A DNA stretch of 64,000 nucleotides. Origin: Nemertoderma westbladi (Eukaryota > Animalia > Xenacoelomorpha). The first letter of the stretch is position 1. Every line of letters starts with the position of its first letter. The stretch is taken from positions 2,449 to 66,448 of the forward strand of contig JAUCBJ010007659.1 of NCBI GenBank assembly GCA_032718475.1. Reading direction: 5' to 3'. Shown here piece after piece: positions 62,300 to 64,000 of the stretch. Under the pieces are notes generated by a model. That model worked only from the letters and a program-made list of their open reading frames with translations. It searched no databases and was not told where the DNA came from. The position numbers and the translations under genes were made by a program.

Positions 62300-63250
62300 T
62301 CGCTTAAGGTCTACCACTCACTAGAGTTGTTAAGCAAGGGTCATTACTTTATATTTGAGCGACACTACGAACTCCCTGATTAACGCTGGCTACGGCTGCG
62401 ATCGATGACTTAGACTTTTGGATCAGAACCATTGGTTATGCCGACGACATTCTAATTTCCGGGCATTCTCCAGCTAGATCGAAAAACAAGTTCAATTAAT
62501 GACAGAGGTAAAGTGAACCTGAATATAGAGGACACTAAAACAAACTGGACATACATAACCGGTAGCGGCAAGGGCTCGAACACTATTCCTAGTTTTCTTA
62601 ATATCAATGGAAGTCTGGTCACCTCTCGGGACACCCTTACATTCCTATGTTTCAAATTTGGAGCAAATTCTATGGCATTATCAGAAAGCATACAGCTGAT
62701 AGCATCAATCTCAGAAGCGTTCCACAAGAACAGCTGGACTGTACGATGGCTGATCATTGACACCCTCCCTCAGTCACCTATGGGCTCTAGCTCTACCACC
62801 GCAGTACCTAGACTAACCTACAGCCTTCGATTCCTCGTCGGGCTCCCTTACCGAAACTGAACTGCTACATCTAGAAGTTTACTATAGGAAAGCTTTACGC
62901 GGACTATTGTATGTGGGAACCAAAACTACGTCAGCAACCAAAACATATACAAATTAATGAACTCAAACCCAATTTCAACGGATGCCTGCTCTCCACATTC
63001 AACAGAGGGAGGAACATTTTCGCTATGCCACGCCTAACATTACTGCAGACCTACAAATATGTCAAATCTGAGCTACAAGCTGGATTGAAAGCCGGAACAC
63101 TCACGACAGCTGAGCGAATAAGTAATAATTTCATCGTCCAATGTTACAACTGTCAACTAACTACATTTGAGGCTAAATACAAATGTATACTAGAATTCTT
63201 TAACGAATCCTAACTCTGGGGGCTGTTGGAAACTGTTATTGTAACCTGTT
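62300..63250 (+). mobile_element. Degenerate LINE RT fragment
   Basis: VKQGSLL, GYADDILI and LNIEDTK motifs broken by frameshifts. Confidence 0.6.
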
Positions 63251-64000
63251 ACTATGGCCATTGCTTCTATCTTTGTTATACTATTAGTTGCTTCCACTTT
63301 GTTCTAAAACGTATTAATCTCTAGAATTATTTATAATATTTACGTATGTACATATGTACCGGGTACATATGTTTGTTTTAATTTGATTTTATTAAGTCAG
63401 GCCGGTTCGACCGGACTGCGCTCTTGTGCTCTGTTCAGGAGATAGGTGAGAGATCTCCTGAGAGAGGTGTGAACAAGTAGATAGTCAGATGTTATCAGTA
63501 TTACCCGTGATTTATTGGTCTAGTTTCATTCTGTGTGTCTATATTAACTACATCAGATATCCCCTCTCTCGGTTCCATATAGGAACTTGATTTGTATTTC
63601 ACTTATTGGTTATATCGGTGGAAGTATTTACACTATTTTGTTGAGATAGATTTATCTTATTGAATCAAATATACAACGCAACAACAAATCGATTCTTTCC
63701 AACGAACTCCTCTGTGATTTCCATACCAAATCCTAGACTGGGATTGATCCGATGCGATGGTAGGATACCTGGTCGAGATCAGATTGAGCCTCAATAAGAC
63801 GAGGAGGTAGATATTTCAGTTAAGGCCGAACACAAGAATCGTTGAGGGATTCCGAACTACGTAGACGCAAAGGGATTTACTTGCTAATATTTGTCATTTT
63901 ATGATATGCTGCTGCACACATTTAATAATACTTTGGAGTACTTTATTTAAATGTATCAAAATTATTTAGGTGCAAACGTTTTCTCCAAATTAATTAAGTT

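Overview
Repeat-rich eukaryotic (probably invertebrate) genomic DNA. The main feature is a complete, recently inserted 19.2-kb Bel/Pao LTR retrotransposon (2037-21280) with 2252-bp near-identical LTRs and a GGTTT target-site duplication, sitting in a 63-bp tandem array. It has four unusual features. (1) No tRNA-type primer-binding site: the 12 nt after the 5' LTR are instead the exact reverse complement of a 12-mer inside its own LTR, suggesting self-priming. (2) That 12-mer is followed by six GTAAGT splice-donor motifs. (3) An intact ~1200-aa extra ORF with three CCHC knuckles and no env features follows pol, preceded by a branch point and splice acceptor. (4) A CAAACC-YGCG-GGTTTG hairpin recurs 6-7 times across the internal region in different reading frames. 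The rest of the window holds two exons of a class A GPCR gene separated by a 19.7-kb intron, minisatellites (18, 24, 31, 36, 63 bp; two apparently grown inside SINEs), LINE and Gypsy fragments, and MITEs. All observations were made by eye; no database searches were run.
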